This document shows, piece by piece, positions 1-10,100 of a stretch of 64,000 nucleotides of DNA. Source of the stretch: a virus; IMG/VR virus record IMGVR_UViG_3300042914_002629, positions 6,945 through 70,944 of that record; one strand, written 5' to 3'. The notes under the pieces are model-generated. The model saw only the letters and a list, made by a program, of their open reading frames with translations, did not search any database and was not told where the DNA came from. Numbering within the stretch: position 1 is the first letter of the stretch; every line of letters begins with the position of its first letter. Both the position numbers and the translations under genes were made by a program.

Positions 1-214
1 AGCACAGCAGGATGCGGCAGCCGGCCGTGTGCAGGATACGCACCAGGGCGACCACCGGCCACACCGGCTCATCCTCCATCATCGCCGCGGCGAACGCCTT
101 CCAGTCCGGTTTCCAGTCCGGGAACAGCTCGGGCGTGCCAGAGGCGTGAACGATGTGGTGCCGCCGGTGCTCGACATCCGCCAAGGTGCCGTCGATGTCC
201 ACGATGATATCCAT
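1..214 (-). CDS. HAD-family phosphatase, similar to the phosphatase domain of phage polynucleotide kinase/phosphatase (runs off the window edge)
   Basis: Manual translation from ATG at 214 gives MDIIVDIDGTLADVEHRRHHI...DWKAF; DxDGT is HAD motif I. Not in the ORF track. Confidence 0.7.
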   Translation of the reverse strand, partial: MDIIVDIDGTLADVEHRRHHIVHASGTPELFPDWKPDWKAFAAAMMEDEPVWPVVALVRILHTAGCRILLC

Positions 215-216
215 TC

Positions 217-480
217 TCACTTACCCCTGATCTGCTGGATGTCGAAGTTCATGGGACGCGCCGCGACCATCGGGGGTGTGTAGCGCATCCAATAGACGCG
301 CCGGCCGCCGAGGCTCATGGCTACGCCATCTTCCTGCAACCGGTACTCTTCCCCGTATGCCCAAAACCACAGCCCGCCGTCGTGCCAACGGATGGCGACA
401 ATGCGATCATCGCCGGAAAAGCTGTATTTGACGTAAACCCGCCGGAACAGCAGGCACATCAGGGCGCGCCACAGGTCCAT
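217..480 (-). CDS. hypothetical protein
   Basis: MDLWRALMCLLF...; start overlaps the upstream stop in a tightly packed minus-strand operon. Confidence 0.55.
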   Translation of the reverse strand: MDLWRALMCLLFRRVYVKYSFSGDDRIVAIRWHDGGLWFWAYGEEYRLQEDGVAMSLGGRRVYWMRYTPPMVAARPMNFDIQQIRGK

Positions 481-1049
481 TACTTCGCCTCCGGGAAAAC
501 GATGTTGAGGTAGTCGGCAGCCAGCCGGCGCAGCGCCGGAACCGGATCGGTGACATTCCAGATCGGCGCCGGCCCGAAGTCGCTTGCGACCGTGTCGAGG
601 TGCCGCGCCAGCAGGTCGCCCCAACTGGTCAGGTAGGCGGCCTTGGAGCCGCTGGCCGTGACCATGACCGCCGCGACCTGCACGGCGGCGTTCCCCGTGG
701 TCAGGTACACGCCGCTGGTGGCCACAGACAGGAAGGCGATGCAGCCCAGCGTGAGCTGTTCCCCGATCGGGTCGCCCTCCAGCGGCTTGAGCGGCTTGAG
801 GCAGAAGAAATCGAAGGCGTGGCGGCATTCCCGCTCAAGGTCGACATCTGCGGCCCGAGCCCACGCATCGGCCGTGGTGACCTGCTCAGCGACAGGGACG
901 CTCTTGCTGGAGACATTGAGCCTGTCGGCCAGGCCGCGGTTGAACACCGCGGTCACCACCTGTTTGGCCCAAATCGAGCCGCCCAGCGCCTTGGCAACTT
1001 CGTTGATGGTCTGGCGCGCCAGTTCGGCGGCGCCCTTCGCGCGTTCCAT
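480..1049 (-). CDS. hypothetical protein
   Basis: ATG at 1049 preceded by the ACGAAAGGGCAAA start motif. Confidence 0.7.
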   Translation of the reverse strand: MERAKGAAELARQTINEVAKALGGSIWAKQVVTAVFNRGLADRLNVSSKSVPVAEQVTTADAWARAADVDLERECRHAFDFFCLKPLKPLEGDPIGEQLTLGCIAFLSVATSGVYLTTGNAAVQVAAVMVTASGSKAAYLTSWGDLLARHLDTVASDFGPAPIWNVTDPVPALRRLAADYLNIVFPEAK

Positions 1050-1069
1050 GGATTTGCCCTTTCGTCGGT

Positions 1070-1342
1070 TCAGCGAGGAACGATCTGCCCTTCGCCCATG
1101 ATCGGGGATTTGTTCTTCACAATCTCCCCGTCGCAGATGTTGATGATGTCGGCGGCGGCCTTCACGAACCCGGCCTTGCCCCGCCACCTCTTGGCGGTTT
1201 CCACCACCTCGGGCGGGTGCCCGCCGGTCGGCTCATAGGACAGCAGACCGGCGGACTCGATGTCGCAGATGTCCGCGATGTCGTAGAGGACCGCCTTAAG
1301 CCCGTGCTCCCGGATCAGAGAGACCAACACGTCGCGCATCAT
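1070..1342 (-). CDS. hypothetical protein
   Basis: ORF in a packed minus-strand operon. Confidence 0.55.
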   Translation of the reverse strand: MMRDVLVSLIREHGLKAVLYDIADICDIESAGLLSYEPTGGHPPEVVETAKRWRGKAGFVKAAADIINICDGEIVKNKSPIMGEGQIVPR

Positions 1343-1499
1343 CCCGCTCCAGCAGCTTGTACCCGGTGCAGATCATGCCGGCCCCGAAGACCGGCGCCCA
1401 TAGACCATCCGCGTCCGCAAAGAGGCGGTAGGTCTGATCATCATTGCGGAGATGGCCGAAGCGATTCCCCGCCTGGATGACCGTGAGAGTCCGCCCCAT
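1296..1499 (-). CDS. hypothetical protein
   Basis: ORF coupled to the upstream stop codon. Confidence 0.45.
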   Translation of the reverse strand: MGRTLTVIQAGNRFGHLRNDDQTYRLFADADGLWAPVFGAGMICTGYKLLERDDARRVGLSDPGARA

Positions 1500-2029
1500 C
1501 AGGCCGCGAGAGCGTCGCGGTAGCGGCGCAGCATCTTGGCGTAGGTGTTCGTGCCCTTCACCGGATAGGCGGCCAGGGTCGCGATGTCGCCGGCCTGCGC
1601 CAGCTCATACATCCGATCGCAGTGCTTCTGATACCCGGCATTCTTGCCGCTGGTGATTTCCAGCCGGGCCTTGGCCTGCCCCAGCGTGGTGGCCATGTCG
1701 ACCCGCTTGCGCTTAGCAGTCACCGACTGCGCCTTGGCGAGGTGGGCTTCCGTGGCGGCCACGGTGCCGTTCGCCATCGCCGCGGTCATAGCCGCCAGCA
1801 GGTCGCCGCCGGCCACCAGATTGCAAGCGTCCGGCGCATCGGCCATGATTGCGGGTGCCGACGCTGCGACTTCCTGCGCCGGTTCGGTGACCATGGGGCT
1901 GAAGTGATAGAGGCCGTCGACGTTGGAGATGATGAAGTCCACGCCATCCTTGCCCGTGGGGCAGCCGAACGCCTTGCGGGCGGCGCGGATGGAATTGGAG
2001 CGATCTGTGTACGGCTTGCTGGTGGTCAT
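1499..2029 (-). CDS. early hypothetical protein with a C-terminal 'AGD..GTNTY.K.L' helical domain
   Basis: First gene after the promoter at 2078-2106; ACGAAAGGGCAA motif before ATG; motif shared with the giant head-module protein. Confidence 0.75.
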   Translation of the reverse strand: MTTSKPYTDRSNSIRAARKAFGCPTGKDGVDFIISNVDGLYHFSPMVTEPAQEVAASAPAIMADAPDACNLVAGGDLLAAMTAAMANGTVAATEAHLAKAQSVTAKRKRVDMATTLGQAKARLEITSGKNAGYQKHCDRMYELAQAGDIATLAAYPVKGTNTYAKMLRRYRDALAA

Positions 2030-2066
2030 GACCTTGCCCTTTCGTTGTGCCCGTTCGGGGCGTTTC

Positions 2067-2106
2067 ATCTTCACAATGTTATAGTGAAGCGACGCGGGAA
2101 CGTCAA
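2067..2106 (-). promoter_or_regulatory. sigma70-like leftward promoter TTGACG-N17-TATAAC overlapped by an inverted CTTCAC...GTGAAG site
   Basis: -35 at 2101-2106 and -10 at 2078-2083 with a 17-nt spacer; ATCTTCACAAT at 2067-2077. Confidence 0.7.
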
Positions 2107-2630
2107 TGGCAAAAACGTCGGCAGAAATGCTGAACATCGATCGCAGGATTTGGGACTACCGCCTCGCCGGCCTCGGCACGGCGCAGATAGCCTCTGCCCT
2201 GGATATGACCCCTGCCCAGCTCGCAAAGCGCATGGAGCGGGTCAAGCGGCAGATCGAGCCCGAGATCAGGGACGCGGCCAAGTCGCATGTGGCCCTTCAG
2301 TACGCCCGGCTGGAGCGCATGATCCGCGCCATGTGGCCACAGGCCATCGGCAATCCGGGACGCGGCAAGCCTGGCGACCGCGACCACATCCCGAAGGTGC
2401 CGCCCGACCAAGGCGCGATCAGGGAGATCGCCGCTCTCATGCGCGACCAGTCCGCGCTGCTGACCAAGTCCATCGGCTCGCTGCCGGCCGCCGCCGGAAC
2501 CTCGGACGCCGCCGACCAGGCCGCAGCCAATGAAGACGAAAACGCAGAAGCCGCAAGATCCACGCTCGCTGATCGAATTGATCGGTTGCTTGCCACCCGA
2601 GCTGCGCAGGGAAGCTCTAGCGGATCTTAG
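2106..2630 (+). CDS. terS: putative terminase small subunit
   Basis: N-terminal HTH-like segment; immediately upstream of TerL. Confidence 0.65.
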   Translation: MAKTSAEMLNIDRRIWDYRLAGLGTAQIASALDMTPAQLAKRMERVKRQIEPEIRDAAKSHVALQYARLERMIRAMWPQAIGNPGRGKPGDRDHIPKVPPDQGAIREIAALMRDQSALLTKSIGSLPAAAGTSDAADQAAANEDENAEAARSTLADRIDRLLATRAAQGSSSGS

Positions 2631-3993
2631 CCTCAACCAAGCGGAGGCCATCCTCTACGACTGGCGGGTGTGGGCGCGTGATGACCAAATCGCCCCGCCT
2701 GGCGACTGGGATCAATGGCTCCTGCTGGGCGGACGCGGCGCGGGCAAGACCCGAACAGGCTCGGAATGGATCAGGGAGCAGGTCCGCAACGGCATCGGCA
2801 AGATCGCGCTGGTGGCCCCGACCGCGGCCGATACCCGAGATGTCATGGTCGAAGGGGACTCCGGCATTCTGTCGGTCTGCTGGAAGCACGACAAAGACCG
2901 CTGGGGCCGCCCCACCGGGCGACCGCTCTATGAGCCTTCCAAGCGCAAGCTGACCTGGGAGAACGGCGCCTATGCGCTGCTGTTCTCGGCCGAGGAACCC
3001 GAGCGCCTTCGCGGCCCGCAGTTCGGCGCCGCGTGGACCGATGAGCTGGCGGCCTGGAAATACCTGATCGACACCTGGGACATGCTGTCGTTCGGCCTCC
3101 GGCTCGGCGACAACCCGCAATGCGTCATTACCACCACGCCGAAGCCGATCAAGCTGCTGAAAGACATCATGGCGGACGCGGGCACGCGCATCTCCAGCGC
3201 GTCGACCTTCGCCAACGCGGCCAACCTGGCGGGCAAATTCCTCAAGCGGGTTCGTGCAAAGTACGAAGGGACGCGACTGGGCGATCAGGAGCTATACGCC
3301 AAGATCCTGGATGACATCGCTGGCGCCCTGTGGAACCGCTCCAATATCGACAAGCACCGGCTGCGGATCAAGTTCGATGAGGCGGGCAACCCCTATCGGG
3401 TCTGGCCCGACCTTGCGCGCATCGTGGTGGCCGTCGACCCCGCGACCACGGCCACCGAGAACAGCGATGAGACCGGCATCATCGTGGCGGGCCGGGGCGT
3501 GGACAAGCGCGGCTACGTGCTGGACGATTGCTCGGGCATCATGTCGCCGGCCGAGTGGGGCGAGGCGGCTGTCCTGGCCTATTGGAACCACATGGCGGAC
3601 GCGGTGGTGTACGAGAGCAACCAGGGCGGCGACATGGTCAGGCACGTGATTAAGTCCAGCGCCGAAAAGCTGCATCGCGAGGGGAAGATCCGCTCGCCAG
3701 AGATCAACATTCGCGGCGTTCACAGCTTCCGCGGGAAAGTGCTTCGGGCCGAGCCCGTCTCGGCGCTATATGAGCAGGGGCGGATATCGCATGTCGGCGG
3801 CTTCGCTGTCCTGGAAGAGCAAATGTGCGCCTTCACCCAGGATTTCGACCGCAAGGCGATGGGCTATTCGCCCGACCGTGTGGACGCGCTGGTGCATGGG
3901 TTCACAGACCTGCTTGCGGACCTGATGGAAATCCCCCTTGTCGATCCGTTCTCGATCGAGGGGCTATCGAAATGGAGGCCGGGAATTGGCTGA
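2530..3993 (+). CDS. terL: terminase large subunit
   Basis: Walker A GGRGAGKT, LRGPQFGAAWTDE Walker B region, VVAVDP nuclease motif, SPDRVDA; true start uncertain. Confidence 0.95.
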   Translation: MKTKTQKPQDPRSLIELIGCLPPELRREALADLSLNQAEAILYDWRVWARDDQIAPPGDWDQWLLLGGRGAGKTRTGSEWIREQVRNGIGKIALVAPTAADTRDVMVEGDSGILSVCWKHDKDRWGRPTGRPLYEPSKRKLTWENGAYALLFSAEEPERLRGPQFGAAWTDELAAWKYLIDTWDMLSFGLRLGDNPQCVITTTPKPIKLLKDIMADAGTRISSASTFANAANLAGKFLKRVRAKYEGTRLGDQELYAKILDDIAGALWNRSNIDKHRLRIKFDEAGNPYRVWPDLARIVVAVDPATTATENSDETGIIVAGRGVDKRGYVLDDCSGIMSPAEWGEAAVLAYWNHMADAVVYESNQGGDMVRHVIKSSAEKLHREGKIRSPEINIRGVHSFRGKVLRAEPVSALYEQGRISHVGGFAVLEEQMCAFTQDFDRKAMGYSPDRVDALVHGFTDLLADLMEIPLVDPFSIEGLSKWRPGIG

Positions 3994-5506
3994 TACCGAA
4001 CCGACCAAGGGTCCGGCGATCCCCAGCGCGATGCAGGAGATCGGCGATAGCGCGCTGCGTCGCACCGGCGGCTATGTGCGGGAAGATTTCCTGCCCGAGC
4101 TGCTGGGGTTGCAGGCGGCGCGGACCTACCGGGAGATGTCCTACAATGACCCGGTGATCGGTGCCATCCAGTTCGCGATGAAGATGCTCATCAGCCGGGC
4201 CGAGTGGGATGTGCAGCCGGCCGACGACACCCCCGCCGCGCAGGAAGAGGGGGAGTTTGTCGAGGGCATGATGGGCGACATGGTGATGTCGTGGGGCTCC
4301 ATGATCATGGAAGCCCTCACCATGCTGACCTACGGCTACGCCCCGATGGAGGTGGTGTGGAAGCGGCGCGGCGGGCAGAACCCCGACAAGATGAAGTCGA
4401 GCAAGTTCGATGACGGGATGATCGTTCCCGCCAAGATCGCCCTGCGCGCGCAGTATTCCATCACGCAATGGGAATTCGATGAAGTCGGGAATCCGACTTG
4501 GTTTTGGCAGATGACCGAAACCCGCGGGATGCTCAAGGTGCCGCTGGCGAAATGCTTGCTGTTCCGGACCACCGAAGAGCTGAACAACCCGTTGGGCTAC
4601 TCGATCCTGCGCAACGCCTATCGGCCGTGGCTGTTCAAAAACCGGATCGAAGAGATCGAAGGCATCGGGATAGAGCGCGACCTGGCGGGCCTGCCGGTGA
4701 TGAAGATCCCGGCCTCATACATGGCCGACGACGCCGACCAGCGGATGCGCAACATCTATGAGATGTGCAAAAACCTTGTGCGCGGCATCCGGCGCGACAA
4801 GGAAGAGGGCGTGATCCTGCCCTCGGACATGCAGCGGGATGGCGAAGGCAAGCTGACCGGAAACCCCGGCTTCGCGCTGGAGCTGCTGTCCACCGGCGGC
4901 AGCCGGCAGTTCGACACCACCAAGATCATTGACCGCTACGACCACCGGATTGCCACCTCGACGCTGGCGGATTTCATCTTCCTGGGCCAGCAGGCGGTGG
5001 GCAGCTTCGCGCTGTCGAGCGACAAGACCGCCCTGTTTTCGCAGGCGATCGGCGGCTTTCTCGACATGATCGAGAACGTGTTGAACAGCCTCGTGGAGAC
5101 CATCTGGCGCCTGAACGGCAAGGATGTGGATCTGATGCCGACGCTGAAGCATGGCGACGTGGAGACCCCGAACCTGACAGAGCTGGGTACGTACATCTCG
5201 GCGCTGGTCGGCGCGGGCGCGCAGCTCTTCCCCGACGTGGACCTTGAGAACCGGCTGCGCAGCTTCGGCGGCCTGCCCGAGGCGCCGGAGGATCGCGAGG
5301 TGGTGGACGATCCGACCACGGCAGCCATCCTCGGACGCGGCGGCACGCCGCAACAGCAGATGGCCCGGCAGCAGGCGGCGAAGGCGGCCACCGATGAGGC
5401 CAAGCAAGCCGAGAAGGACGCGGCGGTGCCCGCACCTGGCGGCAAGCGGCCCGGCGCCGGAACCAAGCCCCCGCCGCAGCGTAGCAACCCGAAGGCAACG
5501 CGCTAA
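3986..5506 (+). CDS. portal protein (DUF935/Mu gp29-like)
   Basis: Follows TerL; NPLGYSILRNAYRPW and GIERDLAGLP motifs; TTG start after GGAGG. Confidence 0.88.
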   Translation: MADTEPTKGPAIPSAMQEIGDSALRRTGGYVREDFLPELLGLQAARTYREMSYNDPVIGAIQFAMKMLISRAEWDVQPADDTPAAQEEGEFVEGMMGDMVMSWGSMIMEALTMLTYGYAPMEVVWKRRGGQNPDKMKSSKFDDGMIVPAKIALRAQYSITQWEFDEVGNPTWFWQMTETRGMLKVPLAKCLLFRTTEELNNPLGYSILRNAYRPWLFKNRIEEIEGIGIERDLAGLPVMKIPASYMADDADQRMRNIYEMCKNLVRGIRRDKEEGVILPSDMQRDGEGKLTGNPGFALELLSTGGSRQFDTTKIIDRYDHRIATSTLADFIFLGQQAVGSFALSSDKTALFSQAIGGFLDMIENVLNSLVETIWRLNGKDVDLMPTLKHGDVETPNLTELGTYISALVGAGAQLFPDVDLENRLRSFGGLPEAPEDREVVDDPTTAAILGRGGTPQQQMARQQAAKAATDEAKQAEKDAAVPAPGGKRPGAGTKPPPQRSNPKATR

Positions 5507-6591
5507 TGGCCGTGGACCCGATCCACGCGGCGGCCGAGCGGCTTGAGCCGAAGATCCGGGACGCGTTCCTGGCGGCCATGGCCCTGATCACCGATCAGGA
5601 CAACATCGACGCCGTGGTGGCGGCGATCATGCGCGGCGATATCGAGGGTGCCCTGTCGGCGCTGGGCCTCGGGCCGAGCGATACCCTGCCAGAGCTGGCC
5701 AGGGCACTCAGGGCGGGCGTCGAGGCCGGCGGGCTGGCATTGCCCCTCACCATGCCCGCGAGCCGCGCTGAAGCCCTGCTGGTGCGGTTTGACATGCTCA
5801 ACCCGCGCACGGTCCAGTTCATGCGCGACTATGAGCTGTCGCTGATCCGGCAGATCAATGAGAAGACCCGCGAGGGCGTCCGAACCTCATTGCTCAACGG
5901 CCTCAACGCAGGCGAGAACCCGCGCACCATCGCGGTGGAGACCAAAAAGGTGCTCGGGCTCACCTCGAAACAGGTGGGCGCAGTTGATAACTTCCGGTTC
6001 GAGCTGGAGCACTTCCACGAAAAGCGAGGCGCCAAGGCGTGGGGCTTGGGCAACTCCATCAACCGGGCGCCCGGCGGCGCGCAAGTCTCGATCCTCGATC
6101 GCAACGGCTTCAACACCGATGGCATTAACGCCCGGCGCCTGCGCGATTTCCGGTTCGACCCGACGCTGAAAAAGGCGATGGAGACCGGCAAGCCGATCCC
6201 GCCCGAGAAGATCGACCAGATGGTCCAGCGGTATCGGGAGAAGATGCTCAAATACCGGGCTGAGACCATCGCCCGCACCGAAGCCCTGCGCGCGGCCAAC
6301 GCGGGCGCGCTGGAGACCTGGAACCAAGCCATTGAGGCGGGCAAGACCACCACGGATCTTGTGCGCAAGCGGTGGATCGTGGCGCACGATGAGCGGACCT
6401 GTCCCGTGTGCCGCCCGATCCCGAAGGCGAACGCGGGCGTCGAGGGCTACGGGATCAGGATAGACCAGCCCTTTCAGACATCGGTGGGTTCGTTCATGAC
6501 AGCCCCCGTCCACCCGGATTGCCGATGCAGCGTAATTTTCCGGGTGCTGGAGACCTGGATGGTGGGCGTGAAAAAGGAGAAGTTCGGATGA
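5506..6591 (+). CDS. MuF / SPP1 gp7-like head morphogenesis protein
   Basis: RAETIARTE, KRW...DERTCPVC and PVHPDCRCS motifs; follows portal. Confidence 0.9.
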   Translation: MAVDPIHAAAERLEPKIRDAFLAAMALITDQDNIDAVVAAIMRGDIEGALSALGLGPSDTLPELARALRAGVEAGGLALPLTMPASRAEALLVRFDMLNPRTVQFMRDYELSLIRQINEKTREGVRTSLLNGLNAGENPRTIAVETKKVLGLTSKQVGAVDNFRFELEHFHEKRGAKAWGLGNSINRAPGGAQVSILDRNGFNTDGINARRLRDFRFDPTLKKAMETGKPIPPEKIDQMVQRYREKMLKYRAETIARTEALRAANAGALETWNQAIEAGKTTTDLVRKRWIVAHDERTCPVCRPIPKANAGVEGYGIRIDQPFQTSVGSFMTAPVHPDCRCSVIFRVLETWMVGVKKEKFG

Positions 6592-6983
6592 GCGTCGATG
6601 GTGTTGCGATCCGCGCTTACAGCGCAGAGATTCCCCTGTACCGGCAGATGTACGCCGACGAGATTTACCTAGCCGGCAAGCGCCTGTTCCCGAACGGCGG
6701 CGGCACCCCGGCGTCGGCGATCGTGAGCCTCACCCTGCCGGCCGGCACCCCCGACAACACCATCACGGCCGTGGCCAACCTGTCCGCCACCACATGCGTG
6801 CTGTCGACCGCCAACACCTACACCGACGCCGCGGTCAAAACCGCCGTGGACAACGCCATCGCTGCGCTTCAGACCAAGATCGACGCGGCCTTCAACACGG
6901 TGGAGCAGAACATCCTGAACGCCGCGAAGAAGATCAATGATGATCTGGCGGCCGAGCGGGCTTATGGGGTGATTGCACCGTAA
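6588..6983 (+). CDS. putative head fiber/decoration protein
   Basis: Ala/Thr-rich with a coiled-coil C-terminus (KINDDLAAERAYGVI); RBS AAGGAG; ATGA overlap. Confidence 0.55.
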   Translation: MSVDGVAIRAYSAEIPLYRQMYADEIYLAGKRLFPNGGGTPASAIVSLTLPAGTPDNTITAVANLSATTCVLSTANTYTDAAVKTAVDNAIAALQTKIDAAFNTVEQNILNAAKKINDDLAAERAYGVIAP

Positions 6984-7172
6984 CGGCCTCTCGGGCCTCA
7001 CAGGCCAGCAGGAAGGCGGCAGCTATGCGATCGAGCGCGGCTGCCGCCGTTTTCATGACCGCCGCACCGATCAGACCGGAGCGGCCCGCGATCATGCGGA
7101 ACCTGCTCGCTGTCGCGTGCAGTTCGTCATAGATTGCGGTTTCCTGCCCATCCATCGACGGACTGTAAGCCG

Positions 7173-10100
7173 ATGCCGGACGATAGCGCCACCATCGAGA
7201 AGCTGACAGGCACCTTCGCCGCTTACAGCCTCGCCCCGCGCAGCGCCAACGTGCTGGCAGCATGGGCGGCCGAGATGGGCGTGCCCAACCCGGTCGCGGC
7301 GAAAGACCTGCATCTCACCACCGTGTACAGCCGGACGCCGGTGCCCGCGTATAGCCCAAATGGGTTGCCTGGGATGCTCCTGCTGGCCGATGGGTTCGGG
7401 CTGGAGCACTTCGGGACCGCGCTGGTGCTCACCGTGACGGCCGAGTGGCTGATGGAGAACGCCGAGCACGCCAAGAGCCTGGGGGCGACCAGCGATTTCC
7501 CATCCTACCGGCCGCACATCACCCTGAGCTACGACGCGCCGGATTTCATGCCGGAGACCCCGCCTCCGTTCGCCCTGCGCCTCGGCGATGAGCGGGTGGA
7601 AGACCTGCGCAAGATGCTCCGGGCCATGACCAGCGTAGCCGTGATGATCAGCAAGGGGTGGAACCCCGGCCAGGCGCGCGTGCCCGCTGGCGGGCCTCAT
7701 GGCGGCCAGTTCGCGGGCAAGGGCGGCACCGGCATGGTCGGCGACATCCAGGCGCCGCACCTCGGGATGCAGGATGGCATGAACGTCGCCACCGGCGACC
7801 CCTACCCCATGACCGCGGTGCGGCCGACCGATGTCGATTTCAACGACAACCCCCACGACCTGGCCGTGTACGTGAAGGGCTACGACCCTGGCAGCCTGGA
7901 TGGCGCCAGGTTCGACCGCTGGACTCCGCCTGGCGACTGGTCGCGCGTCGAGGGGCAAGACCCCAAGCTGGTCGAGGGCAACCTGATCACCGCGCGCGGC
8001 AAGTCGATCGGCTCGGGCGTGATCATCACTGAGCCGGACGGCCGGATCTGGATGGTGGAGCCGACCAACCATTTCGGCGGCTACGAGAACACCTTCCCCA
8101 AGGGCACGGCCGAGGCTGGGCTTTCGTTGCAGGCCAACGCGATCAAGGAAACCTACGAGGAGTCCGGGCTCAAGGTCCGCATCACGGGCGTGCTCGGGGA
8201 CTATGAGCGCACCACCAGCGTGGCCCGCTTCTACCTGGCCGAGCGCACCGGCGGGACGCCGACCGGCGCCGGCCCGGAATCCCAGGCCGTGAAGCTGGCG
8301 CCGCTGCATGAGGCGCGCCGGCTGGCGAACAAGCCCGTGGATCAGAAGATCCTGGATGACTACGAGGCGCACATTGCGGCGCGTCCGGCGCCGGTGGCGA
8401 AGGCGATGGCCCTGCCGCTGCTGCGCGTGATCGCGCAGGCCATGGCGCGCGTGGTCGAGAAGGTGAAGGGGCCGGATGGATATAACCGCTGGCCGGCGGG
8501 CTCCAGCAAGGGCGGCGAATTCGCTCCGAAGGGCGTACACGGCGGCGGCGCGGGCGTTGGGGGCGGAGGTGCCGCGGCTGCGGCCAAGGCCACCCAGGCG
8601 CCTCCGGGCGCATTCCAGCACCAGCTCATGACCGGGAAGAACCCCGACAACACCGCCCTCATCTCGGCGAACAAGGCCATCGCCCATTACGGCAGCCTGG
8701 CGAACAAGGCCGACGTGGCGGGCCTGGCGGCGGCCATGCCACCCGATCCGTCGAAGCAGGCCAGCGGCGGCAACGGCTACACCAAGGCGAAGTTCGCCCA
8801 GTGGCAGGCGGCGATGACCCACGCCATCGCCCAGTCGAACAAGCCGGTCACGGCCGCCACAGGCACCGACCAGACTCCCATGAAGCTGTCGGCCATGACG
8901 CAGGTCGGCGCGAAGCCTGGCGGGTCGGCCAAGGGGGCGATCTACAAGGACGCGGATGGCCAGAAGTGGCTGGTCAAGTCCTACCCGTCGAGCGACCAGG
9001 CCAAGAATGAGGTGCTTGCGGCGAACCTCTACAAGCGCGCTGGGATCGACGCGCCTGAGATGAAGCTGGTCGACCTGGATGGCCAGTTCCACGGCGGGAT
9101 CGGCGTGGCCTCGAAATTCGAGGATGGGACGCTGTCGAAGTTCGACCCGAGCAACCCCGTTGCGGTGGCCAAGGCGCAGGAGGGCTTCGCCGTCGATGCG
9201 TGGCTGTCCAACTGGGATGTGGTCGGCCTGTCGAATGACAACCTGCTGTCGCGTCCGGATGGTAGCCTTGTCCGCATCGATCCGGGCGGGGCGCTGCTGT
9301 ACCGGGCACAGGGCAGCCTCAAGGGCGACGCCTTCGGCGAGACCGTGGGGGAATGGGATAGCCTGCGCGGCATCGGCCCCAACGCCAACGCGCAGGCGGC
9401 GCAGGCGTTCGGCAAGATGACCCCGGAGGCCATGGCCAAGAGTGCCGATCGCGTCCTGTTCATCCCCAACGCCGACATCCGCGCGATCGTGGCCAAGTAC
9501 GGTCCCGGCGATGAGGCGGCCAAGACGGCGCTGGCGGACAAGCTGATCGCCCGCAAGAGCGACCTAGTGAACAAGGCGCTGACCGTGGCGCCCGCGTCGT
9601 TCCTGGCCCCGCCGCCTCCGGTGGCCGCCGCGCCTTCGCCGAAGACCGAGGGCAAGCCTGCCGTGCCCACCTTCACGGGGGAAGCGGCCACCTTCTACGA
9701 CAAGCAAGTGGCCAAGATCGCGGCGATGGGCGAGGGCTCGGATTTCATCCCCAAGATGTATGTGCCGTCGAGCGCGGGAGCGCACGGCAGTGATAATTAC
9801 AAGGCGTATCAGCAGTTCTACCACGACAGCTTCGTGGCGGCGGCCAGCAGCGGGAAGCCGATCGAGCCGCCCTCGATCTTCTACAAGGGCTCCGGCAGCG
9901 TCACCGGCGCCGAGAAGGCCAAGATCGACGCGCAGATCGACAAAGACCCCAAGGGCGTGGACAAGGTCATCACGGCCGACAACTACGCCTATGTCGCCGC
10001 CAAGATGGTTGAGCAGGGTCACGGGGATGTGAATATCGGGTACATCTCGGCGACCAAGGCGCTGAACGATCTTCCCGCGTCGCATTTGTTTGAGCAGACC

